A DNA stretch of 64,000 nt, taken from positions 1,218 through 65,217 of the forward strand of contig CAYGGC010000006.1 of NCBI GenBank assembly GCA_964349465.1, read 5' to 3'. The notes beneath the pieces are model-generated. The model worked only from the letters and a program-made list of their open reading frames with translations. It searched no databases and was not told the origin of the DNA. Below are positions 18,114-27,000 of the stretch, in pieces (within the stretch, counting starts at the first letter, position 1; the number at the start of each line of letters is the position of its first letter). The position numbers and the translations under genes are program-made. The stretch is from an uncultured Gammaproteobacteria bacterium (GTDB lineage: Bacteria > Patescibacteriota > Patescibacteriia > SBBC01 > CAIJZX01).

Positions 18114-18424
18114 GGTAGTAGAGCCTGAAGAATACCGATCACGATCGCGAGCAACAGTGCGTCACTGAAGCTCTTAATTTTAAATCCGGCAAACCAGCCG
18201 CTGACTAGCCAGATGATGAAGGCATTAATGACAAAAACAAACAGCCCGAAGGTTAAGAGAGTCAGCGGGAAAGAAAAAAAAAGAAAAAAGGGTTTGAAAA
18301 AGATATTACACAGACCGATAGCGAGAGCGACGACGAGTGCCGTCGCACCGTTTTTCACATGAATATTTTTCCACCAGCGTGGCGCAAAGTAGAGAACAGC
18401 AACAGTGGCGAGGAAGTCGAGCAT
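18110..18424 (-). CDS. DUF360-like membrane protein (tandem paralogue)
   Basis: Similar transmembrane architecture to its neighbour, with 4-nt overlaps on both sides. Confidence 0.5.
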   Translation of the reverse strand: MLDFLATVAVLYFAPRWWKNIHVKNGATALVVALAIGLCNIFFKPFFLFFSFPLTLLTFGLFVFVINAFIIWLVSGWFAGFKIKSFSDALLLAIVIGILQALLP

Positions 18425-19209
18425 TATACTGCTAAGTTTACTGTATTTTTAAGTACAAAAGCAATGGTTAGTGGACCGACGCCACCGGGAACAGGGGAGA
18501 ACGCTGAGGATTTACTTTGGGCAGACCGCTCAACATCACCAACTGTTTTACCCTTGCTGGTTCGAATACCGACGTCAATCAAGATAGCACCGGTTTTGAT
18601 ATGGCGGGCGGTGAGCCGCGGCCCGCGCCCACTGGCGGTGATGATAACATCAGCGGTTTTTACCGGCAGGGACAAAATATTTTTCGGTGAAATGATACTC
18701 ACGTGGTGAAAAGAAAGGAGGCGCGCCAGTGACGTGGAAAAAACAGAATCATGACCGAGTAGAACGACGTTGGAAATTTTCGGCGGGTTGGCAAGTTTGA
18801 GGAGATGAAGGACGGCGGCGATCGTTGGCGGGGTCACGCGCGCTTCGGCCGTAAACCCATCAACATCTTTTCCGGCAGAGATACACGCCACGGCTCGGTC
18901 CGTATCAAGGCGCGAGGGGAGGGGGAGTTGCATAAGAATGCCGGTCAGATCGCGTCTTTGGCTGAGTTTCGTGATAGTTTTTTCTAAACTTTTCTGCGTA
19001 ACCGATGCCGGAAGGTGATGTTGCTCAACCGCAATGCCGACGGTGAGGGCTGCATTAGCCTTCAGACGTAAATACAGCGTTGCATCGGGGCGGCGCCCGA
19101 CTTGAATCGTCGCGAGACGTGGTTGACGGTGAAGTTTCGGTACATCTTTTTTTAGTTTGGCCAGAATCTTTTTCGCTTCACTTCGGCCATCGAGCACGCG
19201 TGGAGTCAT
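18424..19209 (-). CDS. folD: bifunctional methylene-THF dehydrogenase/cyclohydrolase
   Basis: FolD-like sequence (GILMQLPLP, DVDGF, GPLT). Confidence 0.85.
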   Translation of the reverse strand: MTPRVLDGRSEAKKILAKLKKDVPKLHRQPRLATIQVGRRPDATLYLRLKANAALTVGIAVEQHHLPASVTQKSLEKTITKLSQRRDLTGILMQLPLPSRLDTDRAVACISAGKDVDGFTAEARVTPPTIAAVLHLLKLANPPKISNVVLLGHDSVFSTSLARLLSFHHVSIISPKNILSLPVKTADVIITASGRGPRLTARHIKTGAILIDVGIRTSKGKTVGDVERSAQSKSSAFSPVPGGVGPLTIAFVLKNTVNLAV

Positions 19210-19210
19210 G

Positions 19211-20431
19211 TTAGATGGTAGGGTAGAGCGGATGACGTTGTGCGAGCGTTGAAATCACGCCGGCGGTTTGTTTTTTTACTTTTGTGCTTTTTGGCGCGCG
19301 GAGCCGATCAATAATCGTTTTCGCAAGGATGGTCATGTCCTTTTCTTTCAAGCCGCGCGAGGTGACGGCCGGTGTACCGAGGCGTAGACCGGATGGATGA
19401 AGCGGTGGGCGAGGATCATGGGGGATCAAATTCTTATTAACGGTCAGACCGATTGTTTCAAGCGCAGCTTCGGCCTCAGCGCCGGTGAGTCCGAGCGGAG
19501 TGACATCAGCAAGGATGAGATGGTTATCAGTCCCACCGGTGCTTACGTGGAGACCATGACGCTCCAGTTCGGCGGCGAGGGTTTTTGCGTTGGCAATAAC
19601 TTGGCGTTGATATTTTTTAAACGATGGCTTGAGCGCTTCAGCGAAGACCTGCGCTTTCCCGGCGATGACATGATCCAGTGGGCCGCCTTGCAGCCCAGGC
19701 ATAACGGCGCGGTCGAGGAGGGCGGCATGTTCTTTTTTGGCGAGAATCATCGCACCACGCGGGCCGCGGAGTGTTTTATGCGTCGTCGTGGTGACGACGT
19801 CAGCATGTGGAATAGGTGATGGGTGGAGTCCGGCCGCAACGAGTCCGGCAATATGCGCAATATCAGCGAGATGGATCGCGCCCACACTTTTTGCAATCTG
19901 ACCAAATTTTTTAAAGTTAATGATCCGCGGGTAGGCGCTTGCTCCCGAAATGATCATTTTCGGTCGATGTTTTTTTGCCAGACGCTCAACTTCGGCTTCG
20001 TCAATCCAGCCCTCACGATCGACGCCGTAATGTACGACATTGAAATATTTGCCGGAAATATTGCGAAGATAGCCATGGGTTAGATGGCCACCGGCATCAA
20101 GGGCCAAAGAAAGAATGGTGTCGCCCGGTTTCAGAAAGGCGAGGAAAACGGCGACATTGGCGATTGCCCCGGCGTGCGGTTGGACGTTAACATACTCGGC
20201 GTGAAATAACCGCTTGGCTCGCTGTATTGCTAGCCGTTCAACCTGATCAATAATGTCGTTGCCGCCATAGTAGCGTCGTCCCGGATACCCTTCAGAATAT
20301 TTATTCGTTAAGACGCTTCCAACCGCTTCCAAGACGGCTGGCGAGACAATATTTTCCGAAGCAATCAGGGTCAGTTCAGTGCGTTGTCGCTGAAGTTCGG
20401 CACGGAGGAGTTTACGAAGTTTTGGGTCCAT
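19211..20431 (-). CDS. glyA: serine hydroxymethyltransferase
   Basis: SHMT PLP-binding region TTTTHKTLRGPRG; 406 aa. Confidence 0.9.
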   Translation of the reverse strand: MDPKLRKLLRAELQRQRTELTLIASENIVSPAVLEAVGSVLTNKYSEGYPGRRYYGGNDIIDQVERLAIQRAKRLFHAEYVNVQPHAGAIANVAVFLAFLKPGDTILSLALDAGGHLTHGYLRNISGKYFNVVHYGVDREGWIDEAEVERLAKKHRPKMIISGASAYPRIINFKKFGQIAKSVGAIHLADIAHIAGLVAAGLHPSPIPHADVVTTTTHKTLRGPRGAMILAKKEHAALLDRAVMPGLQGGPLDHVIAGKAQVFAEALKPSFKKYQRQVIANAKTLAAELERHGLHVSTGGTDNHLILADVTPLGLTGAEAEAALETIGLTVNKNLIPHDPRPPLHPSGLRLGTPAVTSRGLKEKDMTILAKTIIDRLRAPKSTKVKKQTAGVISTLAQRHPLYPTI

Positions 20432-21206
20432 GGTGGAGCTTTCGGTAGAGAATAACGAGGGCGGTCAGAATCATGACACCGCTCACGAGAATCGGCAAGC
20501 GGAGGCCGGCGATGATTGGCGTTTGGTCGACGCGGAGAGACTCGGTACTGATACGGAGCAATCCGTACAGCAAAAAGTAAACGAGGGCGATGACGCCACT
20601 CGGCCACGATCGTTTTTGGCCTAACCACAGGAGAATCACAACAATGAACAGATTACCGATGGATTCGTAGAGAAAGGTTGGGTGAAAATATAGTGCATCG
20701 AGGTGGCTGAGTGGCCGATGAGCCGCCTCGATCGGAATACCCCAGGGACGATCGGTTGGTCGACCAAAGAGCTCCTGATTAAAATAATTTCCCCATCGTC
20801 CGATGACCTGCCCGAGAGCAAGGGCCGGAGTCAAAACATCCAGGAGTGACCAGGCCGAAAGTTTTTTCCGGCGCGCGAAGAGAATGAGTGTTACGAGTCC
20901 AGCGAACATCGCGCCATGAATACCTAGCCCGCCCTCCCACACCATCCAGACCTGGGTGGGGTGGTGGAGATAGTAGGAGAACTCGTTCAGGACATGGTAG
21001 AGTCGGCCGCCGAAAAAACCAGCCACGGTCAGCCAGACAAATAGATCGACAAGATCAGTATCAAGAAAGCCCTTTTTTCGGCCGAGGGTGCGAAGGATAT
21101 GCAGCCCAGCCGCCGCACCGAGCGCGAGCAATAATCCGTACCAGCGGAGCTCGAAAGCGCCGAGGGAAAGAATCGTGGGAGAGGGGATCCAGCTATGCAA
21201 AAACAT
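20412..21206 (-). CDS. lgt: prolipoprotein diacylglyceryl transferase
   Basis: Lgt signature GRWGNYFNQE in a multi-transmembrane protein. The start is trimmed to MFLHSW. Confidence 0.8.
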   Translation of the reverse strand: MFLHSWIPSPTILSLGAFELRWYGLLLALGAAAGLHILRTLGRKKGFLDTDLVDLFVWLTVAGFFGGRLYHVLNEFSYYLHHPTQVWMVWEGGLGIHGAMFAGLVTLILFARRKKLSAWSLLDVLTPALALGQVIGRWGNYFNQELFGRPTDRPWGIPIEAAHRPLSHLDALYFHPTFLYESIGNLFIVVILLWLGQKRSWPSGVIALVYFLLYGLLRISTESLRVDQTPIIAGLRLPILVSGVMILTALVILYRKLHHGPKTS

Positions 21207-21279
21207 CGCTGGTAGTGTATCACAAATAGCCCCGTGGCTATGGTATACTATGATGACTTCATTACTGATGTGAGTACGT

Positions 21280-22605
21280 ATGGAAGTCAACAAATCTGTT
21301 TTCAAAACCTACGATATCCGCGGGATTTACCCGACTGAACTGAACGAAGATACAGCTCGAGAAATAGCCCGTGCGCTCGTGGCGCTGACAAACGGGAAGC
21401 GGTACGCGGTTGGTCGCGATGTTCGTGTGTCATCGCCAGCTTTATGGCAAGCGCTGACTGACGAGTTGATTGCGTTGGGGTGTGACGTCACCGATATTGG
21501 TTTAATTCCAACCGAGGCGATATATTTTACGGCCGGGACGTATGACTTTGATGTGACGATGACGGTCACGGCGAGTCACAACCCAGCGGAATACAATGGC
21601 TTCAAAATGATGTGGGGGAAAAGCGATGTGATTCGTGGAATTGATGTTGGTCAGAAACTTGGAGCGTCAGGTGAACGCAGCGCGACCCCAGGTCAACGAG
21701 AATCAGTAGACGTCCTGACCCCATATCTTCAGCATATTCTCAGCAATGTTGACCGCGCCGCCCTTAAGCCGTTAAAAATTGTGATCGACGCGGGGAATGG
21801 AACGGCTGGCCATGTCTTACCGAAACTCCTAACTGGATTACCGATGCAGGTTGTACCGCTCTACTACGAGCTTGATGGGAGCTTTCCAAATCGTCCGTCG
21901 AACCCGCTGGCTAAGGGTGCGCTCGATGCTTTGCGAAAAAAAGTTGTCGAAGAACAGGCAGTTTGTGGTGTTGCGTTTGATGGCGACTGCGACCGGGTTT
22001 TCTTTGTGGATGAACAAGGTCAGTTTATCCAAGCCGACATGACGCTACTCTTGATTGCTGAAGAGTTACTCCGGACGAACCCGGGTCAGGGGATTGTCTA
22101 TAACGCGATTTGTTCACGCGCAGTTCCAGAATTTGTCACCGAGATGGGTGGCGTCCCGACGCGTTCGCCGGTTGGATACGTGAATGTCAAAAAAGCGATG
22201 ATTGAGAACCACGGCGTACTGGGTGGCGAGGTTTCGGCGCATTATTCATTCCCCGAAAATTTTTATGGAGATTCTGGGTTTCTCGCAATGCTGAAAGTAC
22301 TTGAGCTGCTGTCGCGTTCGGATAAGCCGATTTCGGAACTCGTTCGTGGATTCCGTAAATACGTCCGTCTTGATGAGGTGAATTTTAAAGTCGCCGATGT
22401 CCAGGTTGAAATGCAAAAAGTTCGCGATCACTTCAAGGACTTGCAACAGGATGAACTTGATGGTGTGACGGTCTGGCACGAGGACTGGTGGGTGAATGTC
22501 CGACCGTCGAACACGGAGCCTTTGCTGCGGGTGACCCTTGAGGCGCGCACGCAAGAAATGGCTGAAGTGAAATTAAAAGAAGTTCTCGCGGTTTTGGGGC
22601 AATAA
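21280..22605 (+). CDS. phosphomannomutase/phosphoglucomutase family protein
   Basis: Active-site loop TASHNPAEYNGFK. Confidence 0.85.
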   Translation: MEVNKSVFKTYDIRGIYPTELNEDTAREIARALVALTNGKRYAVGRDVRVSSPALWQALTDELIALGCDVTDIGLIPTEAIYFTAGTYDFDVTMTVTASHNPAEYNGFKMMWGKSDVIRGIDVGQKLGASGERSATPGQRESVDVLTPYLQHILSNVDRAALKPLKIVIDAGNGTAGHVLPKLLTGLPMQVVPLYYELDGSFPNRPSNPLAKGALDALRKKVVEEQAVCGVAFDGDCDRVFFVDEQGQFIQADMTLLLIAEELLRTNPGQGIVYNAICSRAVPEFVTEMGGVPTRSPVGYVNVKKAMIENHGVLGGEVSAHYSFPENFYGDSGFLAMLKVLELLSRSDKPISELVRGFRKYVRLDEVNFKVADVQVEMQKVRDHFKDLQQDELDGVTVWHEDWWVNVRPSNTEPLLRVTLEARTQEMAEVKLKEVLAVLGQ

Positions 22606-22610
22606 TTTCA

Positions 22611-22644
22611 GTATAAAAAACACCACATGTTATCGCACATGTGG
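22611..22644 (-). terminator. rho-independent terminator (minus strand)
   Basis: A CCACATGT-N6-ACATGTGG hairpin followed on the minus strand by a T run. Confidence 0.45.
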
Positions 22645-22661
22645 CAAAGCGTTGTTGATGT

Positions 22662-23264
22662 TCAGCAGCCGCCGAGGCCGAGCGTGATGAGCATCAGAAT
22701 GACGTAGATCACGACGTAGGTGGTTCGCTCGTTCCGGATCGAGAACGAGTATTCGTTGCGGCGATCGTCGAGATCCTTGGGAAACAGCACGTATTTCCTG
22801 GTCTTGGTCTTGTCCGGGCCCTCGGTTTCTTCGGCGAGGATCCGGCGGGGGATGAAGTTCTGCCCCCAAATCCAGAGGAAGACGCAGGTGAACACTGTCA
22901 TGAAGATCAAAGCCAGGCTGAGTCGGATGGCCTGCACGCCAAGAACTTTGAAGGCGACGATCCACATCGTGAATGTTCCGACCTTGGTGTTGGCGAACTT
23001 GTTGGCGTTGTCGGTGATGGCCGACAACGAACCGTTCACGGCTTCACCGACTTCCTTGCCGAGGCCGGCATACTTGCCGACCTGCTGGACCTGATCCGCC
23101 ACCTGGGTCACCTGTTCGACCGTCTGGGCGGCTTTGACCTTGGCCATTTGCTCGGGAGTGAGCAGTGACTTGTCGACGACGACCTTGTTGGCGTCCTGCG
23201 CGAAAGCAGCCGTCGTGACGGTCAGGAGCGTGACGGCGACCAGAGCGATTCTCGTCAGCTTCAT
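22662..23264 (-). CDS. exported membrane-anchored hypothetical protein (GC3-outlier gene)
   Basis: It has a signal peptide (MKLTRIALVAVTLL) and C-terminal transmembrane helices, with GGAGG upstream. The ORF is trimmed from a 429-aa antisense read-through. Its codon bias is extremely GC3-rich. Confidence 0.6.
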   Translation of the reverse strand: MKLTRIALVAVTLLTVTTAAFAQDANKVVVDKSLLTPEQMAKVKAAQTVEQVTQVADQVQQVGKYAGLGKEVGEAVNGSLSAITDNANKFANTKVGTFTMWIVAFKVLGVQAIRLSLALIFMTVFTCVFLWIWGQNFIPRRILAEETEGPDKTKTRKYVLFPKDLDDRRNEYSFSIRNERTTYVVIYVILMLITLGLGGC

Positions 23265-23489
23265 AGAAAGAGCCTCCTGGGAAGAGTTCCGGATCCTTAT
23301 CCGGAACGGGTGGACAACGTTCTGACCGAAGTTCCCTACCTTCGTCAGACCAAGTCTTTTACCAAAAAACCCGTGAAATGTCAAGGCGAATGAACAAAAA
23401 AGGCATACATATGCTATTCTATTGGTGTAACTCGGTTCGACTAACAAGATAGAGCCCAAACCACCGAACCGGCGAAAATCACATTTTTC

Positions 23490-24047
23490 ATGATCCAACC
23501 AGACGAAGAATTGGTGGCGGCGGCCCAAACCGGAGATCATACAGCTCTGTCGACGTTGTATGACCGGCATTTTACCCAGTTGTACCGCTTTATCTACCGC
23601 CACGTGAACCATGTTCATGATGCGGAAGATCTGGCGAGCGACGTTATGCTCCGCATGGTCACCCATCTGCCATCCTATCAACGCCAGTCCTCGTTTACGA
23701 CCTGGCTTTACGGTATCGCGCGCCACGCCATCGCCGATTTTTGGCGCAAGCACTACCGCGTGCGCGAACAACTCGTGGCGGATTATGCCGCGATTGGGGC
23801 GACAGGGGAGCCGGTTGATATCGTGCCGATGACCGAACATGATCCGGCGGAACAACTGCGCCGACAAGCCGCGGATGTTTTTGAGCAGCTGCCCGCGAAT
23901 TATCGCCTCGTCCTGCAACACCGCTTCATCGACCAGCAAACGCTCGAACAAACCGCGTCAGCAATGCAAACCACAGTTGGAAACGTCAAAGTCCTACAAC
24001 ATCGCGCACTAAAAAAAGCCGCCGAAATCGCCAAACATATCGTCTAA
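23490..24047 (+). CDS. ECF-type RNA polymerase sigma factor (sigma-70 regions 2 and 4)
   Basis: Region 2 (DLASDVMLRMV...FTTWLYGIARHAIADFWRK) and region 4 (LVLQHRFIDQQTLEQTASAMQTTVGNVKVLQHRA). Confidence 0.8.
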   Translation: MIQPDEELVAAAQTGDHTALSTLYDRHFTQLYRFIYRHVNHVHDAEDLASDVMLRMVTHLPSYQRQSSFTTWLYGIARHAIADFWRKHYRVREQLVADYAAIGATGEPVDIVPMTEHDPAEQLRRQAADVFEQLPANYRLVLQHRFIDQQTLEQTASAMQTTVGNVKVLQHRALKKAAEIAKHIV

Positions 24048-24051
24048 CCGT

Positions 24052-27000
24052 ATGAGTCAATCACCACAACGCAACCCGATCGATCAGACCGACGACTACC
24101 TTGAATGGCTCGCCGGCCGCGGTGAGAAAGAGCCGCAGCTTGATCCGGCCGACGAGGATATTTTGAAAGCGACTCGCCTGCTCGGGACGTTGCGTGAACA
24201 TGATCCGCGACCAGCGCTGATTCCAAAAATTAAACACGCGGTCCTCGCCACTTCACAGCATGTACCGACAACGCCTATGCCAAAACCACATCGGTTTACC
24301 GGATTACTGCTTTGGAAAATAGCTTCGCCAGCTGTAGCTGTAGCGGTTGTGGTTGTGACGGTGCTTCTGTCGCAAGCCGCGCCAGCTGAAAATCATGCCG
24401 GAACCAATTTTAAGAAAAAGACCGTTACCCCAGCGGTCGCCGCTGTGGTTGATCTAGTAGCGACAAAAGAAGATGTGCTTGGGGTTGATGCCACCACCTC
24501 CTTTACCCTAACGGCGAAAGAGGGGAAAGTGACGCTGGCTGAGGTGGAAAAAAACTTTGCTCTGCAACCGGCCGTCGAGTTCTTGGTTAGTCAAAAAGAT
24601 GACGCGACGTTCGAGGTGGCACCAAAAGAAGCGTTGAAACCCGGGACCGTCTATGCGGCCAGCTACACGGCCGAACCGGTTGAGGTGGACGGGGTTGTTC
24701 AGCCTCGTTCATATTCTTGGGCGTATCAGGTCCGCAGCGATTTTAAGATTATTGGGCTGTTACCGCGCCACCAGGCCACCGGTGTAAGCCTGAGCTCTGG
24801 TATTGAGGTCACTTTTTCTTCCGCCGGCGTCACAGCGGATGATTTCCAAAAAAACTTTTCAATTTTTCCAGAGACACTGGGACGAGTTGAGGTTCATCAA
24901 CGGACGCTGGTTTTTATTCCGGCCAAACCTCTCGCCGAAAAGACCGTCTATACCGTCACGGTGAAAAAAGGCCTACGCCCACCGCAGGCGGAAACGGGTC
25001 TCGGGGCCGACGAAACGTTTCAATTTGAAACAACCGTAAAAAACGAAAAAGATTCGGAGACCTTTTACTCGTCCTTCTTCCCGAGTCAGCTGTTTGAAAC
25101 CGTCCGGCCGAATGAACCGTTAGTTTTTGGGGCGGGTAATAATCCCTATGCTGGGGGCGCGAAACCGAGCGCTTCAGAATTCACGATCTACCAATACAAA
25201 GATTTACCAACGTTCATTTCAGCCATCAAAGCTCAAGAGGCGACCCGAAGTATGTGGGCGATCTATGGCTCAAGAGGTGGAACGCACGCAGTTGATGGCC
25301 TCAAGAAGGTCGGTGTCTATAAAACTTCCTCTAAAGATGATGTCCTGACGCTCGGGCCAGGTTTTAGCAAAGGTTTTTATATTGCGGACGGTGGTACCGG
25401 TACTTCTCGTGCCCAAATTCCTTTCGTCGTGTCCACAATTGGATCGTATAGCATGACCACGAAGACCGATGCATTGGTCTGGGCCCATGATTTAGAAACA
25501 AAAAAACCGTTAACCGGCGCAACACTCACAATCCCAGGTACTGAGGTGACGGTGACGTTGGGGGCTGATGGCGTCGCGCGTTTCCCAACGCCGTTTACGG
25601 CCGACGACGGGGCCTACATGCCAGCCATTGCGGTCCTGACTACTGGTCAAGTGGAGTCGCCGGTGCTGTTGAATGGTACGCAATATAGTGGCTTTGGATT
25701 CAAGCGATACCAAGCCAGCACCGATTTTTGGAGCTACCTATCGCTGGATCGAAGTTTGTATCAACCAACCGACACCGTCCAGTTCTGGGGGCTTCTTCGC
25801 CGCCGCGACCAACCTCGACCCGGCGAGACGATTACCGCTCGACTTGTTCAGCGCACATTTGATAGTCGGTACGAGGAACAAACCATCGCTGAAACAACGT
25901 TGACGACAAGCACCAGCGGGACGTTTATTGGCTCTCTTGCCTTGCGTGGTGTTCCGACGAACGTCAGTACCGTTCTTGAAATTTCCATCGATGGACAGAC
26001 TGTGCTCGAACGGTATTTGAATATTGAAACGTACCGCAAGCCACCGTTTCAAATCATCATCCAACCCGATCAGTATGCAGTTTTGGCAGGCGAGACTGTG
26101 ACGTATACCATCTCGACAAAATTTTTCGATGGGACGCCAGTGCCAAATACGGAATTGCGTGAGGCCTATGGGGCCGGGACAGGTAAGGGGATTGTGACCA
26201 CCAATGCGCGAGGCGAGGCGACCCTCAAGCGTAAACTCGAGCTCAATAGCGGATCCTTGGCACTGGAGCCAACTGACGCGCAACTCCAAACCATTACGGG
26301 CAGTTCCTATGTGCAGGTCTATCCGGCCGCGGTGGAGATGGTCACCTCGACGACCTTAACTGGTACAACCGGAACACTGACGGGAACGGTCTACGAAGTT
26401 CAGCCTGAGAATATTACGCCGAGCACGACCGATATTTTTGCTGACTTGCGTGGGCCCGCTAAGCCAAACCAAGTTATCGCCGGATCGTTGAAGGAAATTA
26501 TCTATGATAAAGTCAAAACCGGTTCTCATTATGATTTTCTCCTGAAGGAAACGGTTGATGATTACCAATATAACAACCGTGAAGAGGAGCGAGAAGCGTT
26601 TAGTCTTACATCTGCAGCTAATGGCACCTTCACAAAAACATTTACCTTGGGCGCAAAGAGTATCTATCGTGTTGATCTGACAACCAAGGATGATAAAGAC
26701 CGCGAAGCTGTTACGAGTGGGTATTTCTGGCGATCAGAATACAATAACATCTATAATCAAAGCCAGTATTCATTAACTGATGTAGTTCAACGAGATGGGA
26801 GCGCAGCGCCGACGTATGGAGTCGGTGCTGAAGTGACACTCGAATTGAATCGGGGTGGTGATGTTGCCGCGGTGCCGACTGAAGGGTCAATTCTCTATAC
26901 ACTGAGCCAGCGTGGGTTACGGCGTTATACGGTTTCAACCTCCTCAAAATTCTCCTTTACATTTGGTGAGGCAGATACACCATCGATCAGCTCACGAGCA

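Noticed and set aside
23265-23951. The 429-aa minus-strand ORF spanning 22662-23951.
   Set aside because: Its N-terminal 229 codons run antisense through the well-supported ECF sigma gene and across its promoter. The real gene starts at the GGAGG-preceded MKLTRIAL (23264).
25738-26289. 183-aa minus-strand ORF inside the A2M giant gene, and other internal antisense ORFs there.
   Set aside because: They sit inside a continuous 1712-codon frame with domain-level homology, so they are antisense artefacts.
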